Below, one piece after another: positions 22,014 through 34,298 of a stretch of DNA of 64,000 bases. The notes under the pieces are model-generated. The model made no database searches and was not told the origin of the DNA. It worked only from the letters and a program-made list of their open reading frames with translations. A program made the translations under genes and the position numbers. Location of the stretch: positions 112,468,001-112,532,000 of the forward strand of contig NC_091291.1 of NCBI RefSeq assembly GCF_032444005.1. Reading direction: 5' to 3'. Every line of letters starts with the position of its first letter. Position 1 is the stretch's first letter. The DNA is from Ranitomeya imitator (taxonomy: Eukaryota).

Positions 22014-25000
22014 AAATGTAATTACTGGTATATTATATGATGAGTTATACAATGTATTATTTATTAATGTAATTATTTTATTTCAATATAATTCTGCTGT
22101 TACATATATTAATATAATATACAGTAAATACTGTAGCATATTTGTATAAGTAGAGATTATATTAACTGCATTTTTATATATATAGTGAAATAATTAAAAT
22201 TTACTCCAGTAAAAATATTTAGAATTACAATTAAATACATTTATTAAATATATACATATGTATAAGATATCTAAATTATTTTGTTTTGAAATAAATATGA
22301 AATTAACCTTTATCTTTCATTTTCCCTTAGAATTTTACTTTCAAAGCGAGGATTGAACAAAAAAATACCTGTTTCATGAATTTATGTCTTATTCACACAG
22401 GAAGTTATATTAACTGCATGATTTTTATATATTTAACACTTATACTATTTATTTTTATCTAATTACCTAAAAATGTGTGTACTACATGTTTTTCTGTAAC
22501 ATTATGTTTTCTCCCACTGCATGGTGTGACTTATGTGAGTTAAAGATATCATATAGCCTTGTTTTTAGTTTTAGGAATTTTCCTCAGCTTTACTTGCAAA
22601 TGGATTCCTGAACCAAAATAGCGTTGGAACATTCAACTCGGATTTCTTGTAAATGGGTCCAGTCTTTTCTATAGGTTAAAACATACTGTTAGATAATATT
22701 TGGGGAATATTCAAAGGAATATTAGACTACTAAATTTAATAGATTACAATGCGCATTGATTGATAATTAGGATACAATATTTTGGGTTAATATACATGTT
22801 TTTTATTCTTTGTATGTGAAATGTATTGTGAACGTCTATGTGAGTCACAGTTTGAGTGACAGGTGGCAGCTGCTGAGTGAACTTGACATATGAGAGTGAA
22901 AGAACCTAATGCTAGGTGTGTAATGCAAGAGTGACCAGAGCGTGGTATGTGGAATGTGGAATGTGTATGCACAGTTTGACAGAGGCCTCATGATTCATGG
23001 TATGTTGCGAAAAAAGAAAAAAAAAAACAACCTTGTGTTAATGAGAAAATAAGATTCAGTTAAATTATTAGAATATTAAAATATATTTCAATATTATTTA
23101 TTCAACATATATGCAACATATTTTTCTTTTAATAATTATTTTTTTTTTATTTAGTTAATAGTGAATAAGTACAATAATACATCAATATGATTTTTCTAGA
23201 AAATCTACATTTAGAATAATTTTTCCAAATTATAATTTTATGATATTCAGTGTTTTTTATGGTTACATAGATGAGTACACATCTTCAAACAAATATAAGT
23301 CATAAAGCTAATATGACAGTTATAAAAACAATTATTTTTCACTTGGGTTTTTACAAATTAATTTTTTCATGAAATAATATTTTTTGATATTAAGGGGGAA
23401 ATGTGTTTTTGATCCTGATCACATCATCAAATTTCATCAATACCTCTTCTTCACACATTTTAATAAAGAAGAAATATGAATAAGGTATTATTAGGTACAA
23501 TAACATTAAATATTATAAAAGTCATTTTTTTCCTCTAATGAAGGGTATTCTATGCAAAGCTGCATAATTTCAATATTTTGGTAATCCAAGGTTATGACAA
23601 CATCTACAAAAATATTAAGGGAATGTGTTACTGAGACATAACCTCAGCATTTGTCATCAACATATAAAGGCCTTATTCTTATTTTTATTTTTTATTCTCA
23701 TTTTTATTTTTCATTTTTCATTTTTATTTTTTATCTCAAGAAAAAAATCTATATTTCATAAAGAAATGTCTAATACAAGAATATTGCTTGATCAAATATA
23801 GTGATCATATGGTTTCATTATATAAGAAATGTTTCAATCCTGAGTTACATACAACAATTCTTTAATTCATTCATTCATTCATATATATATATATTCTTAT
23901 TTTGGTTCATGGCTATACATACTTACATATTATTGGTCTACTGAACATAAATTAATAAAGTTTTAATAATAAATATCAGCACTTGTTACATAAAAGACAC
24001 ACTGACATCTATGGGTTCAAAAAGAAATTACACCTATGACATAAAAATGTCCAATCACATGAAGAATATAGTTAATATTATTATTATTATTATTATTTAA
24101 TTTTTCCAAATATAAATTTCATATTAATATTCTGATAAAATAATTATATGAATATTACTGATTGCTATGGTACGCTGTGATATTATAAGTTAGGGAAATT
24201 ATCAGATTTGGTATAGAATAGGGAATGAAGACTTCAATCAAGATACCGGAGATACGTTAATAAAGACATTTCATTTTTCTAAATTCAATTGATTCTTAAA
24301 AGTTGCAAGAAGAAAAGTCGTTATCCAGAAGTTCCACGAGGTAACAATGCTATGATTTCTGAGTAATAATAGACTGTGTCAAATGCAATTCATGTCACTA
24401 CTGACAACAACTACAGTATCCATCACTGACAACTGAGTACAGTATCAAAGATGAACGGTGTTATCACGTTCCAGTGGTTTCCTATCACCTATAAGACTTC
24501 CATGAAAGCTGGAGAACACTCAGGTAATTGTCAGGACGCTACAACCCTGACATGTGTCCTGTGCACTAAGGACTGGTTATGGTGCTATGTTTGGCAAGGA
24601 AGAGTCAATGTAACCCTTGCTGTGCTGACCAAAGACGTCACACCTGTTCCAAGACCAGTGCGGACGATATGAGGATTCCAGATGATTTCCAAGGCGAGCC
24701 AATGTAAGTCCAGGTCTATAAAGGTGACACTGCACAGATATTAAAGCTGCATTTCATCTATGAACTTTGTTTTCTTATCAACATTTAAATTTATGGACTT
24801 TGATTGACACATGACACACAGTCTATACATATCTACATGCTATCATCTATTTCAAAAGACTTATATTAAAGATTGTTTAAAAGAACCAAGAAGACATCAA
24901 TATGAAGACCAGATGACATCAGATGACATCACACCTGAGATGCTTCAAGTAGATATAGGGAAGTATAATATATATTTTATATGAATATTAGTCACGGCTT

Positions 25001-25714
25001 ACCATAACATGAATTACCATAACATGAATTTACATATCATTATATTATTGAGAACATATAACAATATTATTATTGATATTATTATTTATTACATCATTTT
25101 GCCAAAGAAGAAAATAGATCTTATTAATATTTTTAATTTGAGGGTTCCAATCAATATCTGTCACCCTCAAAAGGGGGAATTGTTAAATATTAATTATTCT
25201 TATTTTTATTCTGTACTGAGCACATTGCTTATTGCTGACACGAGCAAAAGCTATTTCTGTGTATGTAGCTCAGAGTATAAGTTAACTCCATATACAGAAG
25301 ACACGTGATCAGTGTTGAACATATATAAACGTCTCTTAGGAGGGTGTGGGGGCTTTTTGTCACGTGGGACGGTCACCTCCCTTCCTTCACCATCATTCTC
25401 TATGGACATGGGACAAGACACGAGAAACAACAGCTGTTAGCTACTCCATGCCATGATGACTTCAGACTTCACACAGACAGATGACTTTTACCATTCAGGA
25501 CCTTGGGAAAGATGAGTAACAAGACAAGCGCTGATATTTACACATGGACGCTCTGTTCGTAACTATTTCATCTACTTTTATGTTCTTTCTGCAATGGTGG
25601 ATAATTCAATAAACCACTATTCTTTTATCAGAATATCATGACATTTTTCTTTTAAGAACAACGCACCTGGTTAAGTCTTGATTAGATATTTTTGGGCAAT
25701 AACGATTTTTAACA

Positions 25715-27035
25715 GGATCCGCTGGGAATAAACACAACAGGTTACTACAGGCAGAATACGGATCCACTGGGAATAAACGCAACAGGTTACTACAGGCAGA
25801 ATACGGATCCGCTGGGAATAAACGCAACAGGTTACTACAGGCAGAATACGGATCCGCTGGGAATAAACGCAACAGGTTACTACAGGCAGAATACGGATCC
25901 GCTGGGAATAAAGGCAACAGATTATTACAGGCAGAATACGGATCCGCTGGGAATGAATGCAACAGGTTACTACAGGCAGAATACGGATACACTGGGAATA
26001 AACGCAACAGGTTACTACAGGCAGAATACGGATCCGCTGGGAATAAACGCAACAGGTTACTACAGGCAGAATACGGATCCGCTGGGAATAAAGGCAACAG
26101 ATTATTACAGGCAGAATACGGATCCGCTGGGAATGAATGCAACAGGTTACTACAGGCAGAATACGGATACACTGGGAATAAACGCAACAGGTTACTACAG
26201 GCATAAAAGGGATCAGCTGGGAATAAAAGCAACAGATTACTACAGGCAGAATACGGATACGCTGGGAATAAAGGCAACAGCTTACTACAGGCAGAATAGG
26301 GATCTGCTGGGAATAAACGAAACAGGTTACTACAGGCATAAAAGGGATCCGCTGGGAATAAACGCAACAGATTACTACAGGCAGAATACGGATACGCTGG
26401 GAATAAAGGCAACAGCTCACTACAGACAAAATACGGATACGCTGAGAATAAACGCAACAGGTTACTACAGGCAGAATACGGATCCGCTGGGAATAAACGC
26501 AACAGATTACTACAGGCAGAATACGGATCCGCTGGGAATAAAGGCAACAACTTACTACAGGCAGAATACGGATCCGCTGGGAATAAAGGCAACAGATTAC
26601 TGCAGGCAGAATACGGATCCGCTGGGAATAAATGCAACAGATTACTACAGGCAGAATACGGATTTGCTAGGAATAATCGCAACAGATTACTACAGGCAGA
26701 ATACGGATACGCTGGGAATAAACGCAACAGCTTACTACAGGTAGAATAGGGATCCACTGGAAATAAAGGCAACAGCTCACTACAGGCAGAATACAGATCC
26801 GCTGGGAATAAATGCAACAGATTACTACAGGCAGAATACGGATCCGCTGGGAATAAAGGCAACAGCTCACTACAGGCAGAATACAGATCCGCTGGGAATA
26901 AATGCAACAGATTACTACAGGGAGAATACGGATACGCTGGGAATAAAGTCAACAGGTTACTACAAGCAGAATACGGATCCGCTGGGAATAAACGCAACAT
27001 ATTACTACAAGCAGAATACGGATCCGCTGGGAATA
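25715..27035 (+). repeat. 45-bp minisatellite, part 2 (~29 units)
   Basis: Unit caggcagaatacggatccgctgggaataaa(c/g)gcaacagattacta. Confidence 0.95.
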
Positions 27036-27143
27036 AATGAAAAAGAAAAAATAATCTCCAGCATGGATCTTCTAAAAAGTCAATTTATTGAAAACACTTT
27101 AAAATGCAAACATTTGCAAAAAAGAGATGGGGGTCCCAGGTGG

Positions 27144-27188
27144 TCAACGCCGACGCGTTTCGACCATCAGGTCTTAGTCATGGCATGA
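27144..27188 (-). ncRNA. Minimal type I hammerhead ribozyme (copy 1)
   Basis: Exact reverse complement of 34299-34343. Confidence 0.7.
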
Positions 27189-27512
27189 AAATGGGACCAC
27201 ATATTAACATTTTATACAACACAGAACACTAAAACAACAAGTGCTTAGATTAAAATTCAGGTGGGCAATCAGAACATTCATTAGATTAACCCCCTGTGAA
27301 CCGCAAAAGAGAAAGACATGTCTATGGAAAAAGAACCACAATGGTGTATCAAAAAATTACATTAGCCGGAGTAATAGAACCAATTCACAGTGTGTACAAT
27401 ATTAAATATCACCTTCTTATGGAGAGAAGAAAGAAAAAAAAAAAAAAAAAAAACACGGAAAAAAAAAAAAATAAAATTGGATTATATGAAATAAATATAT
27501 GAAATTATTACA

Positions 27513-30017
27513 TTAATCTAACTGCAAAATGAGGTCAAGACGTTTGTTCAGCCCTAAGGGCACCCTTGACTGTAGAGAAAATATCCAAAAGGATTCACGA
27601 TTTAATATCTTACGTCTATGATCACCGCCTCTAGGGGGTTTATGCACTTTTTCAATAGCAGTCACTTTAATCATGCTGGTATTACCTGCATGGATTGTTT
27701 TGCAGTGGTGAGAGACTGCAGAAATGTTATGTGATGTATTATTAAGTGCAGATTCTGAGATATGCTTACAAAACCTTCTTTTTAGAGGGCCCACTGTGCA
27801 GCCCACATATTGCAGTTTACATAAGTCGCATTCTATCAAGTAAATGACACCTTCTGAGTTGCAATTCATGTGCGTTCGAATCGGATAAGTAATGCCTGTC
27901 ACACTAGAGGTGAAACTAGTAGTTTTTCTTACGAAATTACACGTTTTACACGGGTGGTGACCACATTTAAAAAAACCCTTATATGTTAACCAGGCACTAT
28001 TTCCTGCAGTCAATTTACTATGGAGATAAAGACTCGGAGATAGGATGTCACGTAAGGAAGGTGCTTTTTTGGCAAGATATCGTATGTGAGTACGATCTAA
28101 AATATGTGCTAGCTTCACATCACTATATAAAATAGGAACATATTTTTTCACAATTTGAATTATTTCTGCATACTGCGGACTATAAACTGTGGAAAAATTT
28201 ATCGTACTCAGAGAGTGAGAGGCAGGCTCTGTGTGTTTATTTTCATTAAGCCTTTTTCTTTTAATTTTTTTCATTTTATTATTATTCTTGTTGGGGTTCC
28301 TAGAAAGAGACCCTGAATCCTCATTATCACTCCATAATAAAGACTTCCTATCAATGTCTTTTGTCACTGATTTTGCTCTGTGTAGCATCCAATTAGGATA
28401 ACCGCGATCTTTAAGTCTGAAAACTGCAGACTCAGTTTCCTGTGTGAATTGTGCAGCTGAACTACAATTTCTTTTAAGCCTGATAAATTCACCCACTGGT
28501 ATATTCTTAATGACATGTTTTGGGTGACAAGAGTGTGCCTCCAAAATTGAGTTGCTGTCAGTAGATTTTCTATAAGGGGAAACAGCAACTAAATTAGTAT
28601 TTTCATTTACTGATAAGGAAATATCCAAATAATTGATAGAAGTCTTGGAGGTATTAAAAGTAAAGGAGAGATTAAAATCGGTATTATTCACGTATTTTAT
28701 GAAATCCGCAATCAGCATATCTTCCCCCTTCCAAATTATAATCAAATCATCGATATAGCGACCAAAAAATACAATGTTATTAGAAAAGGGATTATTCTCA
28801 TTGAAAATATATTTCTCTTCCCAAACCGCTACTGTAATATTGGCTAATGAAGGGGAACATTTCCCTCCCATACTAACGCCCTTTTTTTGAATAAAAAACA
28901 ACCTGTCAAATGAAAAATAATTATGGGTCAACAGAAAAGAAACTGAATCTATAATAAAAAATTGAATCTCCTGTTTGTATGTGCTGTACTTATTGAGAAA
29001 ATATGACAGGCTGGTTAGAATGATATTATGTGGTATGGAAGGATATAAACCAACCACATCACAGGTGACCCATGTATAATGTGAAGACCACAAAAAGCCA
29101 TCTAATGCGGCAATGACTGCTTTGGTATCTTTAATGTAACCCGGTAAATTGATCACTAAGGGTTGTAGAAAATGATCCACCCATTCTCCCAAATTTTCTG
29201 AGAGTGACCCTATACCAGAGATGATGGCTCTAAACGGAGGAGGAAAAACATTTTTATGAATCTTAGGGAACGCATGATAAATAGGGATAACTGGATGTTT
29301 GATATTTAAATAATCATATATTTTTTGTGTAATAGCACCTGTGGATAGGCCATCTATTAATAATTTCTCTAAATGTATCTGAAATTCTTTTGTGGGATCA
29401 TATGGAATTTGGGTGTAAGTAGAACAATCACTAAGAATGCGAAGATTTTCCACGTAATATAAACCAGCATTCAAAATTACCACCCCCCCTCCTTTGTCAG
29501 CCTGTCTGATCAATAAATCCTCATTATGGCGTAAATTACTTATAGCCTGTCTTTCCAAAACAGTCAGATTATCATGCACAAAATCTATGTTACTATCCAG
29601 TTTCATTAAATCCCTCTCTACCAGTTCTTGGAAGGTGTCCAAGACAGTGGGTCTGGATTGTACTGGATAGAAAAGAGCATTAGGTGTACCAAAATCCTTA
29701 TTCATATTACAGTCTTTCTCAAGTGAATCGGATTGCAAATCTCGTAAAATAGAATAATCCAAAAGTTCCTGAAAGGAAAAATTACCATGTGGAGAAACAG
29801 CATTGGTATATCCAGGAGGTTGCACAGTATCAGAAAAAGCAGAATCTTGTTCAAAGTGACATTTCAAGGTTAAGTTTCTGGCAAATTTGTTTACATCCAA
29901 TAAAGTCCTAAATACGTCAAATTTTTTTATTGGACAAAAACCAAGTCCTTTTCCCAAAAGAGAAATTTCAGCTTCAGACAAAATATAGCTGGAAAGATTC
30001 CAGACTGGAAGTGTCAA
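27513..30017 (-). CDS. Penelope-like reverse transcriptase + GIY-YIG endonuclease, 834 aa, intact (TTG start in the ORF track)
   Basis: NLSSYILSEAEISLLGKGL, ADKGGGVV, DVVGLYPSI, GVSMGGKCSPSLANI, GRYIDD, Cys linker CGHHPCKTC, GVIYLIECDLCKLQYVG..R..KH. Confidence 0.95.
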   Translation of the reverse strand: MTLPVWNLSSYILSEAEISLLGKGLGFCPIKKFDVFRTLLDVNKFARNLTLKCHFEQDSAFSDTVQPPGYTNAVSPHGNFSFQELLDYSILRDLQSDSLEKDCNMNKDFGTPNALFYPVQSRPTVLDTFQELVERDLMKLDSNIDFVHDNLTVLERQAISNLRHNEDLLIRQADKGGGVVILNAGLYYVENLRILSDCSTYTQIPYDPTKEFQIHLEKLLIDGLSTGAITQKIYDYLNIKHPVIPIYHAFPKIHKNVFPPPFRAIISGIGSLSENLGEWVDHFLQPLVINLPGYIKDTKAVIAALDGFLWSSHYTWVTCDVVGLYPSIPHNIILTSLSYFLNKYSTYKQEIQFFIIDSVSFLLTHNYFSFDRLFFIQKKGVSMGGKCSPSLANITVAVWEEKYIFNENNPFSNNIVFFGRYIDDLIIIWKGEDMLIADFIKYVNNTDFNLSFTFNTSKTSINYLDISLSVNENTNLVAVSPYRKSTDSNSILEAHSCHPKHVIKNIPVGEFIRLKRNCSSAAQFTQETESAVFRLKDRGYPNWMLHRAKSVTKDIDRKSLLWSDNEDSGSLSRNPNKNNNKMKKIKRKRLNENKHTEPASHSLSTINFSTVYSPQYAEIIQIVKKYVPILYSDVKLAHILDRTHIRYLAKKAPSLRDILSPSLYLHSKLTAGNSAWLTYKGFFKCGHHPCKTCNFVRKTTSFTSSVTGITYPIRTHMNCNSEGVIYLIECDLCKLQYVGCTVGPLKRRFCKHISESALNNTSHNISAVSHHCKTIHAGNTSMIKVTAIEKVHKPPRGGDHRRKILNRESFWIFSLQSRVPLGLNKRLDLILQLD

Positions 30018-30643
30018 TACTTCCTCTGATTCCTGAGCGGGTAAGTTCTTACGTTTGTGCTTCCTCCCCGCCCTCCTCCGGCGTTTTTTGCTTTGCTGAT
30101 GGCACCTGATCTCTCATTAAATGTCTCATTATGCCTGTTGGATCCAAACGATACATCCGAAAAATCTTCTGAAGTATTATGATTTGAGCTGGATGAACCC
30201 ATCGACTCATGAGAAGCAGTGAAGCTGACCCTTCGCCCTTTATAATTGGAATCAAAGAAATCATGTTGCGGGCGTCTATTCCTTCTATTCCAGGTACGGG
30301 AGATTTTCCAGGTGTAAACTTGGTTCAATTCATAATCCCGTTTATCTCTCTGGAATTTGTCATGTTTAATATCAGCAACATGTTCCTCTAGTTTCAGTAA
30401 GTTTTTTTCCATTCTCTGGTTTAAAATGTTGAAATCCTCAACATTGTTATATTTATTCAGGGATGTCTGTATTTTTGTAATGTCATCTTTTATATGATTA
30501 ATCTCAATTTCTGGTTTTGATTGGTGAGCTGACTTATTTTCTTCCCATTTTTTCCTTTTTCCCTATTTTTGTATTTTGTGGACCAAGTCTTGCTTCCTCC
30601 CCTATTTAATTTTTTCTATACTTACCATTGGTTATGAACTGAT

Positions 30644-31498
30644 TTGCCTGCTATGGATAATCACAGTGCAATATCTATGGATAGTGATAGAAAACGCATG
30701 AATAGGTTTGCGTCTATCTTTAATCAAACTAATGAAGATGTGTCTCGGAATAATGGGGTTTCCTCAGGCGAGTCTATTGAGGACCTTTTTAAAACACTGG
30801 AGAACCGTAAAAGTAAAGAGACGAGATTATGGTGGGACATGACCTCTCTTAAATCATATTTGTCTAAAAAACTTATACCAAGGGGTTTAAGAATCAATAA
30901 GAAACCCACCTTTTCTTATTCAGATGAGTTTAAAACGGAATGGGAATCAATACTTTCACAATGTTCATATAAGTTGATGGAACTAATCACCAAACATGAA
31001 GAAATTGAGATTAATCATATAAAAGATGACATTACAAAAATACAGACATCCCTGAATAAATATAACAATGTTGAGGATTTCAACATTTTAAACCAGAGAA
31101 TGGAAAAAAACTTACTGAAACTAGAGGAACATGTTGCTGATATTAAACATGACAAATTCCAGAGAGATAAACGGGATTATGAATTGAACCAAGTTTACAC
31201 CTGGAAAATCTCCCGTACCTGGAATAGAAGGAATAGACGCCCGCAACATGATTTCTTTGATTCCAATTATAAAGGGCGAAGGGTCAGCTTCACTGCTTCT
31301 CATGAGTCGATGGGTTCATCCAGCTCAAATCATAATACTTCAGAAGATTTTTCGGATGTATCGTTTGGATCCAACAGGCATAATGAGACATTTAATGAGA
31401 GATCAGGTGCCATCAGCAAAGCAAAAAACGCCGGAGGAGGGCGGGGAGGAAGCACAAACGTAAGAACTTACCCGCTCAGGAATCAGAGGAAGTATTGA
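30644..31498 (+). CDS. Upstream ORF of the Penelope-like element (284 aa from TTG; ATGs at 30653 and 30677)
   Basis: Open frame with LWWD..SL..YL....IPRGLRI motif, coiled-coil-like middle and basic/Ser-rich tail; its TGA overlaps the TTG of the RT ORF; 3' half identical in the inverted copy (30014-30412). Confidence 0.8.
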   Translation: MPAMDNHSAISMDSDRKRMNRFASIFNQTNEDVSRNNGVSSGESIEDLFKTLENRKSKETRLWWDMTSLKSYLSKKLIPRGLRINKKPTFSYSDEFKTEWESILSQCSYKLMELITKHEEIEINHIKDDITKIQTSLNKYNNVEDFNILNQRMEKNLLKLEEHVADIKHDKFQRDKRDYELNQVYTWKISRTWNRRNRRPQHDFFDSNYKGRRVSFTASHESMGSSSSNHNTSEDFSDVSFGSNRHNETFNERSGAISKAKNAGGGRGGSTNVRTYPLRNQRKY

Positions 31499-34001
31499 CA
31501 CTTCCAGTCTGGAATCTTTCCAGCTATATTTTGTCTGAAGCTGAAATTTCTCTTTTGGGAAAAGGACTTGGTTTTTGTCCAATAAAAAAATTTGACGTAT
31601 TTAGGACTTTATTGGATGTAAACAAATTTGCCAGAAACTTAACCTTGAAATGTCACTTTGAACAAGATTCTGCTTTTTCTGATACTGTGCAACCTCCTGG
31701 ATATACCAATGCTGTTTCTCCACATGGTAATTTTTCCTTTCAGGAACTTTTGGATTATTCTATTTTACGAGATTTGCAATCCGATTCACTTGAGAAAGAC
31801 TGTAATATGAATAAGGATTTTGGTACACCTAATGCTCTTTTCTATCCAGTACAATCCAGACCCACTGTCTTGGACACCTTCCAAGAACTGGTAGAGAGGG
31901 ATTTAATGAAACTGGATAGTAACATAGATTTTGTGCATGATAATCTGACTGTTTTGGAAAGACAGGCTATAAGTAATTTACGCCATAATGAGGATTTATT
32001 GATCAGACAGGCTGACAAAGGAGGGGGGGTGGTAATTTTGAATGCTGGTTTATATTACGTGGAAAATCTTCGCATTCTTAGTGATTGTTCTACTTACACC
32101 CAAATTCCATATGATCCCACAAAAGAATTTCAGATACATTTAGAGAAATTATTAATAGATGGCCTATCCACAGGTGCTATTACACAAAAAATATATGATT
32201 ATTTAAATATCAAACATCCAGTTATCCCTATTTATCATGCGTTCCCTAAGATTCATAAAAATGTTTTTCCTCCTCCGTTTAGAGCCATCATCTCTGGTAT
32301 AGGGTCACTCTCAGAAAATTTGGGAGAATGGGTGGATCATTTTCTACAACCCTTAGTGATCAATTTACCGGGTTACATTAAAGATACCAAAGCAGTCATT
32401 GCCGCATTAGATGGCTTTTTGTGGTCTTCACATTATACATGGGTCACCTGTGATGTGGTTGGTTTATATCCTTCCATACCACATAATATCATTCTAACCA
32501 GCCTGTCATATTTTCTCAATAAGTACAGCACATACAAACAGGAGATTCAATTTTTTATTATAGATTCAGTTTCTTTTCTGTTGACCCATAATTATTTTTC
32601 ATTTGACAGGTTGTTTTTTATTCAAAAAAAAGGGCGTTAGTATGGGAGGGAAATGTTCCCCTTCATTAGCCAATATTACAGTAGCGGTTTGGGAAGAGAA
32701 ATATATTTTCAATGAGAATAATCCCTTTTCTAATAACATTGTATTTTTTGGTCGCTATATCGATGATTTGATTATAATTTGGAAGGGGGAAGATATGCTG
32801 ATTGCGGATTTCATAAAATACGTGAATAATACCGATTTTAATCTCTCCTTTACTTTTAATACCTCCAAGACTTCTATCAATTATTTGGATATTTCCTTAT
32901 CAGTAAATGAAAATACTAATTTAGTTGCTGTTTCCCCTTATAGAAAATCTACTGACAGCAACTCAATTTTGGAGGCACACTCTTGTCACCCAAAACATGT
33001 CATTAAGAATATACCAGTGGGTGAATTTATCAGGCTTAAAAGAAATTGTAGTTCAGCTGCACAATTCACACAGGAAACTGAGTCTGCAGTTTTCAGACTT
33101 AAAGATCGCGGTTATCCTAATTGGATGCTACACAGAGCAAAATCAGTGACAAAAGACATTGATAGGAAGTCTTTATTATGGAGTGATAATGAGGATTCAG
33201 GGTCTCTTTCTAGGAACCCCAACAAGAATAATAATAAAATGAAAAAAAATTAAAAGAAAAAGGCTTAATGAAAATAAACACACAGAGCCTGCCTCTCACT
33301 CTCTGAGTACGATAAATTTTTCCACAGTTTATAGTCCGCAGTATGCAGAAATAATTCAAATTGTGAAAAAATATGTTCCTATTTTATATAGTGATGTGAA
33401 GCTAGCACATATTTTAGATCGTACTCACATACGATATCTTGCCAAAAAAGCACCTTCCTTACGTGACATCCTATCTCCGAGTCTTTATCTCCATAGTAAA
33501 TTGACTGCAGGAAATAGTGCCTGGTTAACATATAAGGGTTTTTTTAAATGTGGTCACCACCCGTGTAAAACGTGTAATTTCGTAAGAAAAACTACTAGTT
33601 TCACCTCTAGTGTGACAGGCATTACTTATCCGATTCGAACGCACATGAATTGCAACTCAGAAGGTGTCATTTACTTGATAGAATGCGACTTATGTAAACT
33701 GCAATATGTGGGCTGCACAGTGGGCCCTCTAAAAAGAAGGTTTTGTAAGCATATCTCAGAATCTGCACTTAATAATACATCACATAACATTTCTGCAGTC
33801 TCTCACCACTGCAAAACAATCCATGCAGGTAATACCAGCATGATTAAAGTGACTGCTATTGAAAAAGTGCATAAACCCCCTAGAGGCGGTGATCATAGAC
33901 GTAAGATATTAAATCGTGAATCCTTTTGGATATTTTCTCTACAGTCAAGGGTGCCCTTAGGGCTGAACAAACGTCTTGACCTCATTTTGCAGTTAGATTA
34001 A
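31495..34001 (+). pseudogene. Penelope-like RT-GIY-YIG ORF with two +1 frameshifts
   Basis: Otherwise matches 27513-30017; each break is an extra A in an A-run (8 vs 7) near 32631 and 33249, so these may be sequencing errors. Confidence 0.85.
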
Positions 34002-34298
34002 TGTAATAATTTCATATATTTATTTCATATAATCCAATTTTTTTTTTTTTTTTCTTTCTTCTCTCCATAAGAAGGTGATATTTAATATTGTACACACTGT
34101 GAATTGGTTCTATTACTCCGGCTAATGTAATTTTTTGATACACCATTGTGGTTCTTTTTCCATAGACATGTCTTTCTCTTTTGCGGTTCACAGGGGGTTA
34201 ATCTAATGAATGTTCTGATTGCCCACCTGAATTTTAATCTAAGCACTTGTTGTTTTAGTGTTCTGTGTTGTATAAAATGTTAATATGTGGTCCCATTT

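Larger units (their letters stand above)
19858..25714 (+). mobile_element. Non-autonomous LTR element (ERV-like), one gag-position ORF, no pol ORF
   Basis: 534-bp LTRs 19858-20391 and 25181-25714 (TG..CA, 4 differences seen); TSD GGATC (19853-19857 / 25715-25719); PBS-like 20394-20410; PPT AAAAGGGGGAA 25169-25179; TATATAAA 19999-20006 and AATAAA 20285-20290 in the LTR. Confidence 0.93.
27036..30512 (-). mobile_element. Penelope-like element (Neptune-type), 5'-truncated inverted copy
   Basis: Reverse complement of ~31000-34451; carries an intact RT-EN ORF. Confidence 0.95.

Noticed and set aside
25636-27000. Long ORFs with 15-aa periodicity (also 2081-2582 and 19372-19985)
   Set aside because: Translation of the 45-bp minisatellite, open in several frames on both strands
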